Shown: piece after piece, positions 1 to 9,314 of the stretch | Layout: each line of letters opens with the position of its first letter | Numbering within the stretch: position 1 is the stretch's first letter | Position numbers and translations under genes: made by a program | Notes under the pieces: model-generated | What the model saw: the letters and a program-made list of their open reading frames with translations, nothing else | Told to the model about the DNA's origin: nothing | Databases searched by the model: none | NCBI GenBank assembly: GCA_964642935.1 | Contig: CAZXRG010000001.1 | Coordinates: 1-60,444, forward strand | DNA length: 60,444 nucleotides | Reading direction: 5' to 3' | Source of the DNA: an uncultured Rhodobacterales bacterium | GTDB lineage: Bacteria; Pseudomonadota; Alphaproteobacteria; Rhodobacterales; Rhodobacteraceae

Positions 1-166
1 CTTATCACATATTATAGGTGAATTGCGTGAGGGCGTGTGTAGCGAACATATTTTCTTAATAATAATGCTTATGAATTTATACGCTATCAGTTCATACCAA
101 ACACACCCACCGAGGCAATGGGCCTTACATGCCGCACACATGGTCAACATCAATTCACAGCCCGAC

Positions 167-766
167 CTAAAGCATCAGGTCATCGCTGTAGATTTCAAGC
201 ACCCATGTGGGAAGCTGAGGCAAGGCAAATGTCAGAGTTCCATTTGTGAAGGATAGCGCGCGGCGAGGAGGTTGGTTCAGCTGAGAGTTATCAAAGACAT
301 GACCCACGTCACTTTGTAAGACGGCCTGGCGAACAAGGATACCTGCGCGGTCATAGCGTTTTCTAATCTTCTCTTCGGGCACGGGGTGTCCGCCCTCCTT
401 AACCCTCGCGCCGACACGGGCCACTGACAGATCTGGATGTTCAACCGAGATGTGAAAGGTCATAATCCGATAGCCACGGTCTTTGGCTTGAGTGATCAGA
501 TCAAGCTTGGAGGGGTGGGAAAACACAGTTTCCGTCACAAAGCTCTTGCCGCTTGCCAGTAGAGATGCCCGCCGCTCTGATGCGATTTGCGCGGCTTGGT
601 AGGCTGCATTTACATCCCTATCTTGCAACTCATCGCGCTGAATGAGGTCCGCATTAATGAAGGGTGCCGAAAATTTTGGGGCAATCCGTGTGACATACAG
701 CGTGGATTTGCCAGAGCCATTCGGTCCGGCCAGCATCACGAGAGTGGGTCGTGGGGCAGGGGCCAC
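167..766 (-). CDS. Zeta-toxin-like / AAA_33-type P-loop kinase, putative toxin of a type II TA pair
   Basis: 199-aa ORF with Walker A motif LAGPNGSGKST within the first 22 residues. Its GTG start shares one base with the TAG stop of the upstream ParD-like ORF (TAGTG), the coupling typical of antitoxin-toxin operons. Confidence 0.7.
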   Translation of the reverse strand: MAPAPRPTLVMLAGPNGSGKSTLYVTRIAPKFSAPFINADLIQRDELQDRDVNAAYQAAQIASERRASLLASGKSFVTETVFSHPSKLDLITQAKDRGYRIMTFHISVEHPDLSVARVGARVKEGGHPVPEEKIRKRYDRAGILVRQAVLQSDVGHVFDNSQLNQPPRRALSFTNGTLTFALPQLPTWVLEIYSDDLML

Positions 767-1122
767 TACTGAGATAGGGTTTCCGCATAAACCAATATGC
801 CTTTGTCATTTAGCCCAACACCGCGTCCAAGCTGGCGGCGTTCTGCATAGAATGCCTTTTCACCGGATGTTGGTGCGGTCACATCCTCAGCAAACTGGGC
901 AAACCAGACCTCTTGTTCTTCGGCACTCAAAGCGTCAGGCGACAGCTCGCCAGCAAGAGCAGCACGGATCTGCTGATAGTCGAAGCTGCCTGATTTCTCG
1001 ATTGCACGTCCGATGTTGATCCAATGGGTGATTTGCCCGGCCACAGACCGGCTTTGCAAGCCAGACTCGCGCCGCACTGCTGACATTACATCATCAGCAA
1101 GCTTCACAGATTGGGCCATCAT
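766..1122 (-). CDS. ParD-like antitoxin
   Basis: The ORF-track start at 1137 is TTG. Tandem ATG ATG at 1122/1119 is directly preceded by GGAGG. The N-terminal VKLADDVMSAVRRESGLQSRSVAGQITHWINIGRAIE fits my memory of the ParD_like antitoxin pattern (VKL...RS...QI.HW..GR..E). The ORF sits immediately upstream of the P-loop toxin. Confidence 0.6.
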   Translation of the reverse strand: MMAQSVKLADDVMSAVRRESGLQSRSVAGQITHWINIGRAIEKSGSFDYQQIRAALAGELSPDALSAEEQEVWFAQFAEDVTAPTSGEKAFYAERRQLGRGVGLNDKGILVYAETLSQ

Positions 1123-1298
1123 ACCTCCGCAATTCAAAAGGGTGGCAAAATGCCACCTGCCTCAAACATATGGGATCAAACCTGTAAATGTCCAGTTAAT
1201 TGGCTGTGCGTATGAGATGTGCAAGCTGCTCAATCCATGTCGTCCCACGGCGCAAGAACGCAGAAATGGGGTGACTGGGCGCTGAAAATGTATTTCGC

Positions 1299-2603
1299 TC
1301 AGCTGCGCCCCACTGACACATAGTCAAAGCCAGCGGCTTTGGCGTCTTCAGGGCCGTAGATGTTGCGCAGGTCGGCCATTGCGGGGGTTTTCATCAGCTT
1401 TGCCAAGCGCGTGAGGTCGAGGCCGCGGAATGCGTTCCATTCGGTAAGCAGCAGGACCGCATCTGCGTCCTCAGCCGCACCGTAAGCGTCCTCTTCCCAG
1501 ATCACGCCCGGCAGCAGCGCTTGGCCTTCTTTGCGTCCTTCTGGGTCCGTGACATGCACACGGGCGCCTGCACCGATCAGGGCGGGCACAATGGTGAGGC
1601 TTGGGGCGTCGCGCATGTCATCGGTGTTGGGTTTGAAGGTCACGCCGAGCACTGCGATCTTTTTGCCATTCACGCTGTCACCACACAGCTCCATCACTTT
1701 GTCCAACATCCGGTGTTTCACGCGCTCATTCACTGCGATCACAGTTTCCACGATGCTCACAGGCGAGGCGTGATCCTGCCCGATCCGGGCCAGCGCCTTG
1801 GTGTCTTTGGGAAAGCACGAGCCACCATAGCCGGGCCCGGCATGCAGGAATTTATTGCCGATACGCCCATCGAGCCCCATGCCCTTGGCCACGGATTTCA
1901 CATCCGCACCGACCTTTTCGCAGAGCGCTGCGATCTCGTTGATGAAGCTGATCTTGGTCGCCAGAAACGCGTTGGCGGCGTATTTGATCATCTCCGCACT
2001 TTCGATATCGGTGAAGACCAGCGGGGCTTCGCGCAAGGAGAGCGGGCGGTAGAGGGCGGCCATCACCTCGCGGGCGGGCTCACTTTCGCAACCCACAACC
2101 ACGCGGTCCGGGCGCATGAAATCGTCAATGGCAGCCCCTTCGCGCAGAAATTCGGGGTTGGAGGCAACATCGAACTCAGCCTCCGGGTTGGTTTCAGAAA
2201 TGATCTTTTGCACAGCGCGATTGGTGCCCACCGGCACGGTCGATTTGGTCACAACAACCGTGTAGCCCTCAAGGGCTGCGGCAATTTCAGCAGCTGCGGC
2301 TTTGACATAGGTGAGATCCGCATGACCATCCCCGCGCCGTGTTGGCGTGCCAACCGCGATGAACACGGCCTCCGCCTGCGCGACAGCGGCTTTGAGATCG
2401 AGGGTAAAAGACAGGCGACCGGCGGCGACATTCTGTGCCATCATCACATCAAGACCGGGTTCAAAAATCGGCACTTCGCCCGCGTTGAGCGCGGCTATCT
2501 TGGCAGGGTCCTTGTCGACGCAAATCACGTCATGGCCGAAATCCGAAAAACACACCCCGGACACAAGGCCGACATAGCCTGTTCCGATCATTACAACTTT
2601 CAT
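1299..2603 (-). CDS. ugd: UDP-glucose 6-dehydrogenase
   Basis: 434 aa. N-terminal Rossmann MKVVMIGTGYVGLVSG, NPEFLREGAAIDD, and catalytic-Cys motif GYGGSCFPKDTKAL. Full length for the family. Confidence 0.93.
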   Translation of the reverse strand: MKVVMIGTGYVGLVSGVCFSDFGHDVICVDKDPAKIAALNAGEVPIFEPGLDVMMAQNVAAGRLSFTLDLKAAVAQAEAVFIAVGTPTRRGDGHADLTYVKAAAAEIAAALEGYTVVVTKSTVPVGTNRAVQKIISETNPEAEFDVASNPEFLREGAAIDDFMRPDRVVVGCESEPAREVMAALYRPLSLREAPLVFTDIESAEMIKYAANAFLATKISFINEIAALCEKVGADVKSVAKGMGLDGRIGNKFLHAGPGYGGSCFPKDTKALARIGQDHASPVSIVETVIAVNERVKHRMLDKVMELCGDSVNGKKIAVLGVTFKPNTDDMRDAPSLTIVPALIGAGARVHVTDPEGRKEGQALLPGVIWEEDAYGAAEDADAVLLLTEWNAFRGLDLTRLAKLMKTPAMADLRNIYGPEDAKAAGFDYVSVGRS

Positions 2604-2757
2604 GGATTGGCCTCTTGATAATCGTCACGCAAATCTGCGGTTTTGTGTAGGCGTTCTATCGGCTTTATGTGAAAGGTCCACATAGAAATAATCCGTCAAG
2701 AGATCGCTAACGCTGTTGTTATTTGAACAAATCCGCGAGGTCTATATCTTGGGGCTT

Positions 2758-3411
2758 ATGAAAAACCAAATCCGTCTGATGACCTCTGCTCTCGTGTTTT
2801 GTCTGGCTTTTGCACAAGCTCAGGCCGGTGACATTCCTTTTGATGGCAGTTGGGTCCATCAACGCTTTTCGCTGTTTTCCAAAAATACATATGCCTTGAA
2901 GGGGCAACGGCTTGGGGTGCGCTCTGATGGCAGTGTGTCGCTGATCTATCGCCGCCTTGACCCGAGCCTTTGGAAGGCAAGTGCGGCCTCTTGGAGCTGG
3001 CAGGTCCAAACAAGTGTGCCCGCGACGGATTTGGCGCGCAAAGGCGGGGATGACCGGAACCTGTCGATCTACGCGGTTTTCCTGCCTCCCGCAGAGGCTG
3101 AGCGGCTGAAGAAGGCCTCGGTGCGCAAGTTGCTGACGGCGAAGGGCGCGCGGGTGCTAACCTATGTTTGGGGCGGTAATTACAAGCGCCGCGCCCTGAT
3201 CAAGAGCCCTTATGTGGGCGAGGGGGGGGCGTCGATCGTGCTGCGCTCCTCTGGTACGGGCGGGTTTAACGAGAAGGTTGATCTACGTGCAGATTACAAA
3301 CGCGCCTTTGGGAGCGGGAATGTCGTGCTTGTAGGTGTTGCGGTCTCAGCTGACAGTGACGACACGGATAGTAAGATCGTTGCCTCAGTGTCCAATCTGG
3401 TGGTCCGTTAA
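2758..3411 (+). CDS. DUF3047-family secreted protein
   Basis: The track start at 2716 is TTG; the first ATG at 2758 gives MKNQIRLMTSALVFCLAFAQAQA, a signal peptide. WSWQVQTSVPATDLARKGGDDRNLSIYAVF matches the conserved W.W.V...GDD...Y core I associate with DUF3047. Confidence 0.6.
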   Translation: MKNQIRLMTSALVFCLAFAQAQAGDIPFDGSWVHQRFSLFSKNTYALKGQRLGVRSDGSVSLIYRRLDPSLWKASAASWSWQVQTSVPATDLARKGGDDRNLSIYAVFLPPAEAERLKKASVRKLLTAKGARVLTYVWGGNYKRRALIKSPYVGEGGASIVLRSSGTGGFNEKVDLRADYKRAFGSGNVVLVGVAVSADSDDTDSKIVASVSNLVVR

Positions 3412-3457
3412 CGCCCCACCGGAGTGCACTGAATTTGAGGATGTGTCATTGGGCGGC

Positions 3458-3815
3458 ATGAATAAAACGAATAATCCTTCGATTCACCGCCACCACAGAT
3501 TTCCTCCAGACGTGATCGCATATGCTGTTTGGTTGTACTTCAAATTCCCGCTCAGCTTGCGGATGATAGAGGATCTTCTTGCCCAAAGAGGGATCATTAT
3601 TTCGCATCAAACGATCCGAAAATGGGAAGAGAAGTTCGGCCGCCAGTTCGCAAACAAAATTCCTAAGCGTGCTGCGCATTGGCGTGCGGTTGATCAAAAT
3701 GGATTTGTGCTGGACGTGCTTGTTTAGAGCCGTCGAAACGCAAACGCGGCTGAACGGTTGATGCGCAAACTGCTCAGTCAGCATGGAACGCCGCGCGTCA
3801 TCGTGCCCCCCTCTC
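3458..3815 (+). pseudogene. IS6-family transposase remnant (internal deletion, in-frame TAG, 3' truncation)
   Basis: HRHHRFPPDVIAYAVWLYFKFPLSLRMIEDLLAQRGIIISHQTIRKWEEKFG parallels the IS26-type Tnp N-terminus. It then jumps to RAVDQNGFVLDVLV-stop-SRRNANAAERLMRKLLSQHGTPRVIV, all in the same frame. The segment carrying the first DDE Asp is missing, a TAG replaces the usual Gln in ..VQSRR.., and similarity ends after RVIV. Confidence 0.75.
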
Positions 3816-4146
3816 GTGACATTGCTGCGCAATGCACTGTCGGGCAGTGGACAAAACGGGTTCTGTTCAGTTCTGCCGTCATCAAGGGTGATTGTCCGGT
3901 TCGCAATATCCGCAAGATACGCTGCATGCTTGGCTTTTCCGATGTTGAGGTCGGCGTGCATCTGATCGAGAACCGCCCTCATCTCAAGCGTTTGTGTCAT
4001 GTGTTGATGGGAAAAGACGCGCTGACCATTGGCACAGAAGACTTTGCAGTGTTGCGGGGAAAGCGCGTGCCAATGCGCAGTGCGCGGGTGCCTTTTTAAG
4101 AATTAGTTATGGCATAGAAAATACTGAAATTAAGTAGCAAATAAGC

Positions 4147-4833
4147 ATGAAATTCTCTGAAAAGTATGAGCTCCGCTCTGCGCCATATCGCGCTGCTTCT
4201 GATTTACCCGCATGTAGGCATTGCAGGCATTCTGGAGCAGTTGGAAGGGCGGCTTTTGGCGGCAGGGGCGGTGTTCGAATGGGCCAGGAGCTGCGCTCGG
4301 TAGAAATAACGCCCAGTGGCGTCACAGCGATGCTGGATGGGGACCAGATTACAGCCAAACGCTTGATCATGTCTTCGCGGGCTCATTCCCCGATTAAGGG
4401 GCAGGAGGCGCTCTGGCAGGAGGTCAGCACTGTGCGAGTCTGCAGTGTGGTCCTCCATCTCAAAAGCCCGGCGCTCAGTTTTGCAGGCTTTGGACAGATC
4501 ATCGGGGACAGCGTGCTCAAACGGGTGCGCGATGTGGCGCCTTTCGCGACTCCCAAACCCAGAGCGGGGGAGGCGCTGATCACAGTGCAATTGCGCCACG
4601 ACCCCGGTGATATGGCCGATGGTCTACTGGCTGAGATGATCCTGAGCAAGATCCGCGCCCTAAATCTGCTGGACCAAAATGCGGAATGTCTGACCCTACA
4701 CCGGTATTTTGCGCCCCTTGGCACGCTGCCGGGCACGGCCTTGTCTGAGATTGAGCGCTGCTTTCCAGAGCAGGTCACCGTGCTGCGCACGGTTGATCTG
4801 AGGGATCAGATTTATCAGCTGAGCAAGCAGTGA
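4147..4833 (+). CDS. Probable C-terminal fragment of a FAD/NAD(P)-dependent (amine-oxidase-like) oxidoreductase
   Basis: 228-aa ORF. GQELRSVEITPSGVTAMLDGDQITAKRLIMS resembles the substrate-domain strand pattern of the flavin amine-oxidase / PPO superfamily. No GxGxxG dinucleotide fold is present, and the first ~45 residues look non-native. It lies next to the IS6 scar. Confidence 0.4.
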   Translation: MKFSEKYELRSAPYRAASDLPACRHCRHSGAVGRAAFGGRGGVRMGQELRSVEITPSGVTAMLDGDQITAKRLIMSSRAHSPIKGQEALWQEVSTVRVCSVVLHLKSPALSFAGFGQIIGDSVLKRVRDVAPFATPKPRAGEALITVQLRHDPGDMADGLLAEMILSKIRALNLLDQNAECLTLHRYFAPLGTLPGTALSEIERCFPEQVTVLRTVDLRDQIYQLSKQ

Positions 4834-4840
4834 TTCCGGC

Positions 4841-5854
4841 TCATTCAGGGTATCCATCCGGGTTGCTGCTTTGCCAATGCCAGGTACTGGCGCACATCGC
4901 ATCGATATCGTGCTGGGCATGCCAGTTCAGAAGGCGTGCGGCTTTGCTGGCATCCGCGCGCATTTGAGCTACGTCACCGCTGCGCCGGGGAGCAATGCTG
5001 TAGGGGATGGGATGGCCGCAAGCGCGCTCAAAGGCTTGGATCATCTCCAGCACGCTGGTGCTCTGCCCAGTGCCGATATTGATCTCCTCATAGCCCTTGG
5101 CCGTTTCCAAGTACTCAAGGGCGGCGAGATGGGCGGATGCGAGGTCTTCCACATGGATGTAATCCCGCTCCGCTGTGCCATCTGCGGTGTCGTAGTCATT
5201 GCCAAACACGGAGAGCTGATCGCGCCGGCCCACGGCGACTTGGGCGATGAAAGGCACGAGATTGTCGGGCACGCCGTTTGGGTCTTCGCCGATATGCCCG
5301 GAGGCATCTGCACCCACAGGGTTGAAGTAACGCAGGATCGCAGCAGTACTGCTGGGCTTCGCGGCGGCCCAGTCGCGGATGATGTCCTCAACCATGCGCT
5401 TGGTGCGGGCGTAAGGGCTGATAGGAGCGAGGGGATGGGCCTCGTCATAGGGCAGGTAGTGCGGTTCGCCGTAGACTGTGGCCGAGGAGGAAAAGACGAG
5501 GCGTTGGCAGTTCACGGCATCCATGGCGCGCAGGAGCGCGATGCTGCCAAAGACGTTTTGGGCGTAATACTCAAGGGGCTGTGCGGTAGAGGCCCCGACG
5601 GCTTTCAGCCCGGCGAAATGCACCACCGCGTCGGGGCGAAAGCTGGCCATGGCGGCCTCAAGGGCAGAGCCGGTTTCCACGCTGCCTTCCGCAATCTCAA
5701 AATCCGCATTGGCGAGCTGTTTGACGCGCTTGAGAGCCTCGTGCGAACTGTTGGAGAAATTGTCAAAAACCAGAACCTCATGGCGCGCGCGCAACAACTG
5801 CAACAGCGTGTGGCTGCCGATATAGCCCGCCCCACCAGTTACGAGTATGCGCAT
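4841..5854 (-). CDS. galE: UDP-glucose 4-epimerase
   Basis: 337 aa. MRILVTGGAGYIGSH, an SSSATVYG segment and the PYARTK (YxxxK) catalytic motif. Typical GalE length. Confidence 0.93.
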   Translation of the reverse strand: MRILVTGGAGYIGSHTLLQLLRARHEVLVFDNFSNSSHEALKRVKQLANADFEIAEGSVETGSALEAAMASFRPDAVVHFAGLKAVGASTAQPLEYYAQNVFGSIALLRAMDAVNCQRLVFSSSATVYGEPHYLPYDEAHPLAPISPYARTKRMVEDIIRDWAAAKPSSTAAILRYFNPVGADASGHIGEDPNGVPDNLVPFIAQVAVGRRDQLSVFGNDYDTADGTAERDYIHVEDLASAHLAALEYLETAKGYEEINIGTGQSTSVLEMIQAFERACGHPIPYSIAPRRSGDVAQMRADASKAARLLNWHAQHDIDAMCASTWHWQSSNPDGYPE

Positions 5855-5890
5855 GGTTTTCTCTTTTTGATAACAGGTGCTTGTATAATT

Positions 5891-7720
5891 TTATTCTACT
5901 GTTACTGACTTCGCCAGATTGCGCGGCTGATCCACATCGGTGCCTTTTTCAAGGGCTGTGTGATAGGCGATCAGCTGTGCGGGGGCAGAATATATCATCG
6001 GCTCGATGAAATCAGCGCAGCTGGGCAGAACGATTGTTTTCCATGCGCCGTAAGCGGCCTGATCCGCCCCTTCCTGATCGGTCACGAGCAAGACCTTTGC
6101 CCCGCGTGCCATGACTTCCTGCATATTGGACACGGTCTTGTCAAAGCGGTCATTTGCGGGCGCAAACACGATCACGGGCACATGCTCGTCAATCAGAGCA
6201 ATCGGTCCATGTTTCAGCTCGCCTGAGGCATAGCCTTCTGCATGGATATAGCTGATCTCTTTGAGCTTGAGCGCGCCTTCAAGAGCAATTGGATACATCA
6301 CGCCGCGGCCCAAAAACAGGATATCGCGGGCGCGGGCCAGATCTTTGGCGGCCTCTGCCACTTGTTTTTCGATATCAATGGATCGGTTCACAAGGCCGGG
6401 TACAGAGATCAAAGCATCCACCAGACGCTTCTCACGCGCTGCATCCACATGCCCGCGTTGGCGCCCTGCCAGAACCGCAAGAGAGGCCAGCACGGTCAGC
6501 TGAGCGGTGAAGGCTTTGGTCGAGGCCACGCCAATTTCAGGGCCAGCCATGATCGGGAGCACAAAGGTGCTTTCTCGCGCGATCGAGCTTTCGGGCACAT
6601 TGACCACGCCCAAGATATCCGCGCCTTGCTCCGCCACATAGCGCAGCGCGGCCAAGGTATCGGCGGTTTCGCCTGATTGGCTGACAAAAATCACACCCTC
6701 GCGCCCGGTCATGGGGGGCTCGCGGTAGCGGAACTCAGAGCTTACATCGATCTCCACGGGGATGCGGGCGTAATGCTCGAACCAGTATTTCGCCACATGG
6801 CAGGCATAAAACGCCGTGCCGCAGGCGACCATCACCAGCCGGTCGTATTTGGTGAAATCAATCTCAGTGTTTTCTTTTGGCAAGACGACCTGGCCGAGCC
6901 CACCATCGGTATATTGCGAGACCAGGTTGGCCAAAACGCTTGGTTGTTCGTGGATTTCCTTGGCCATGAAGTGGCGGTGATTGCCCTTATCCACCAGCAC
7001 CTTGTCCATAGACACAGTGCGGATTTCACGATTGGCCAGCACGCCGTCACGAGTGTAAACTTGCGCGGAATTGCGGGTGAGGATCGCGTAATCGCCCTCG
7101 GCCAAATAGCTGACACGATCGGTCATTGGGGCCAGTGCCAGCGCATCGGAACCGACAAACATCTCATCTTCACCGTAGCCGAGCGCCAGCGGTGAGCCGC
7201 GCCGCGCTGCGATCATCAGGTCTTCTTCGCCCTCAATGATGAAGCAAAGCGCAAAAGCGCCATCCAGAGAGGCAAGGGTTGCGGCGGCTGCATCAGCGCC
7301 GCTCAGGCCCTTGCGCATGTGACGCGCGCAAAGCTGGGCGATGACCTCGGTGTCGGTATCGCTTTCAAAGGTCACGCCCTCGGACATCAGCTCATCGCGC
7401 AAGGCGCGGAAATTTTCGATAATCCCGTTATGCACAACCGCCACAGGCCCTGCGCGATGGGGATGCGCGTTGCTGGTATTGGGCGCGCCATGGGTGGCCC
7501 AGCGGGTGTGGCCAATCCCCAGCGTGCCGGCCAGTGGCTCTTGCGCGAGAAGATCTGTCAGGTTGGAGAGTTTGCCAACAGCGCGTCTGCGCTCCAGCTT
7601 GCCCTCCACCAGCGTGGCGATTCCGGCACTGTCATAGCCGCGATATTCCAGACGCCGAAGCGCTTCCAAGATCACCGGTCCTGCAGGACGATTCCCAAGA
7701 ACACCAACAATGCCACACAT
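5891..7720 (-). CDS. glmS: Glutamine--fructose-6-phosphate aminotransferase (isomerising)
   Basis: 609 aa. Starts MCGIVG (N-terminal nucleophile Cys), has two SIS domains, and ends with the canonical ...NLAKSVTVE tail. Confidence 0.97.
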   Translation of the reverse strand: MCGIVGVLGNRPAGPVILEALRRLEYRGYDSAGIATLVEGKLERRRAVGKLSNLTDLLAQEPLAGTLGIGHTRWATHGAPNTSNAHPHRAGPVAVVHNGIIENFRALRDELMSEGVTFESDTDTEVIAQLCARHMRKGLSGADAAAATLASLDGAFALCFIIEGEEDLMIAARRGSPLALGYGEDEMFVGSDALALAPMTDRVSYLAEGDYAILTRNSAQVYTRDGVLANREIRTVSMDKVLVDKGNHRHFMAKEIHEQPSVLANLVSQYTDGGLGQVVLPKENTEIDFTKYDRLVMVACGTAFYACHVAKYWFEHYARIPVEIDVSSEFRYREPPMTGREGVIFVSQSGETADTLAALRYVAEQGADILGVVNVPESSIARESTFVLPIMAGPEIGVASTKAFTAQLTVLASLAVLAGRQRGHVDAAREKRLVDALISVPGLVNRSIDIEKQVAEAAKDLARARDILFLGRGVMYPIALEGALKLKEISYIHAEGYASGELKHGPIALIDEHVPVIVFAPANDRFDKTVSNMQEVMARGAKVLLVTDQEGADQAAYGAWKTIVLPSCADFIEPMIYSAPAQLIAYHTALEKGTDVDQPRNLAKSVTVE

Positions 7721-7873
7721 GATATCACTCCAAAAACAGGCTGAAACAGGTTCGCGATGGACCAGTATTGAGGTGGCTTATCTGACATTTTCACCACCCG
7801 TACAAGCGTGGGCTATTACATGAAATAATGTTGAAATTTAGCCGTGATGGGTTTGGGAGGTACTGTGCTTTTG

Positions 7874-9211
7874 TCAGACAGCCTTTTCAACTTCTGCGCG
7901 GATATCTGCGATAACCTCCGCCAGCAGATCCGTATCTGTGCATTCCCCCATGATACGCACCAGCGGTTCAGTGCCGGATTTGCGGATCACAAGACGCCCT
8001 TGATCCCCGAATTTTGCCTCGCCGTCAGCGATGGCCTGTTGCACGGCTTTCGCATCAAGAGGGTCGCCACCAGCATAGCGCACATTCTCAAGGGTTTGGG
8101 GGCAGGGCTCAAAGCTCCGGCACAGCGCGCTGGCAGGCTGCCCGCTTTCTGCCAGAGCGGCAAGAAATTGCAAAGCGGCCATCAGGCCATCGCCTGTGGT
8201 GACGAAATCGCGGAACACGATATGGCCGGATTGCTCGCCACCTAAATTGAACCCGCCTTTGCGCATGGCCTCAACCACGTAGCGGTCGCCAACAGCGGTG
8301 CGCAGCAGCTTGATGTCGCGGCTGGCCAGAAATTGCTCCAGCCCAAGGTTGGACATGACCGTTGCCACCAATGTGTTTTTGGCAAGCTGGCCTTTGGCCG
8401 CCCAGTTTGACGCAATCAGGGCCATGATCTGATCGCCATCTGCGACCTGACCTTTTTCGTCGATGATCATCAAGCGGTCTGCATCGCCATCAAGGGATAT
8501 CCCAAGATCGGCCCCTTCTGTGAGCACGCGCGCGGCACATGTTTTGGGATGGGTGGAGCCACAATTTTCGTTGATGTTATAGCCGTTGGGGGTGACGCCG
8601 ATGGGAATGACCTGGGCGCCAAGTTCCCAAAGCACTTCAGGGGCGGTGCGATAGGCAGCCCCATTGGCGCAATCCACCACGATTTTGAGCCCGTCCAGGC
8701 GCAGTTCGCGCGGGAAGGCGGTTTTGACAAATTCCTGATAACGCCCGCGCCCGCTTTCGATGCGGCGCGCAAAACCGATCTCGCGTGGCTCGGCCAGATC
8801 TGCATCTTGCTCTAGCAGCGCCTCAAGATCCGCTTCGACCTGATCGGACAATTTGTAGCCATCAGGCCCGAAGAACTTGATGCCATTGTCCTGAAATGGG
8901 TTGTGCGAGGCGGAGATCATCACGCCCACATCAGCCCGCATGGAGCGCGTCAGCATGCCGACCGCCGGTGTCGGCACGGGGCCAAACAGAAAGACATCCA
9001 TGCCGACACTGGTGAGGCCTGCGGTGAGTGCATTTTCCAGCATATAGCCAGAGCGGCGCGTGTCCTTGCCGATCACCACGCGGCCTGAACCGTGCTGTTT
9101 GGTGAAATACGCTCCCGCCGCTTGCCCGACTTTTAGAGCCAGGTCAGGGGTCATGGGAGAGAGGTTGGCCTGGCCGCGAATGCCGTCTGTGCCAAAGAAC
9201 TTACGTGTCAT
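7874..9211 (-). CDS. glmM: Phosphoglucosamine mutase
   Basis: Start re-picked to the ATG at 9211 ([13 protein letters not shown]). Active-site loop [14 protein letters not shown] and the Mg loop DGDADR are present. Confidence 0.95.
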   Translation of the reverse strand: MTRKFFGTDGIRGQANLSPMTPDLALKVGQAAGAYFTKQHGSGRVVIGKDTRRSGYMLENALTAGLTSVGMDVFLFGPVPTPAVGMLTRSMRADVGVMISASHNPFQDNGIKFFGPDGYKLSDQVEADLEALLEQDADLAEPREIGFARRIESGRGRYQEFVKTAFPRELRLDGLKIVVDCANGAAYRTAPEVLWELGAQVIPIGVTPNGYNINENCGSTHPKTCAARVLTEGADLGISLDGDADRLMIIDEKGQVADGDQIMALIASNWAAKGQLAKNTLVATVMSNLGLEQFLASRDIKLLRTAVGDRYVVEAMRKGGFNLGGEQSGHIVFRDFVTTGDGLMAALQFLAALAESGQPASALCRSFEPCPQTLENVRYAGGDPLDAKAVQQAIADGEAKFGDQGRLVIRKSGTEPLVRIMGECTDTDLLAEVIADIRAEVEKAV

Positions 9212-9314
9212 ATGCGCCGTCTTGCTATTCAAAGGAAGCGTGGAGGAGAGCCGTGGCGGCACCGGAGGTGAAGCCAGTGCCGTCTTGGTATATCAGGTGA
9301 GGATGCGCGCCCAG

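Noticed and set aside
1521-2618. 365-aa plus-strand ORF covering almost the whole ugd gene
   Set aside because: It is antisense to a full-length, motif-complete UDP-glucose dehydrogenase. Its composition is Gly/His/Arg/Ala-rich with no recognisable motif, which is typical of a shadow ORF in GC-rich coding DNA.
3446-4000. 184-aa minus-strand ORF across the IS6 remnant
   Set aside because: Most of it is antisense to the recognisable IS6 transposase frame. The remaining N-terminal ~50 residues match nothing I know. It is more likely chance read-through in decayed DNA than a gene.
4871-5908. 345-aa plus-strand ORF opposite galE. Similar long antisense ORFs lie opposite prsT (9750-10466, 10515-11174), the ASST-like gene (13606-14403), parA/parB (58568-59584) and others
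   Set aside because: All of them lie antisense to genes with strong family signatures, and none has a motif I recognise. I treated them as shadow ORFs.
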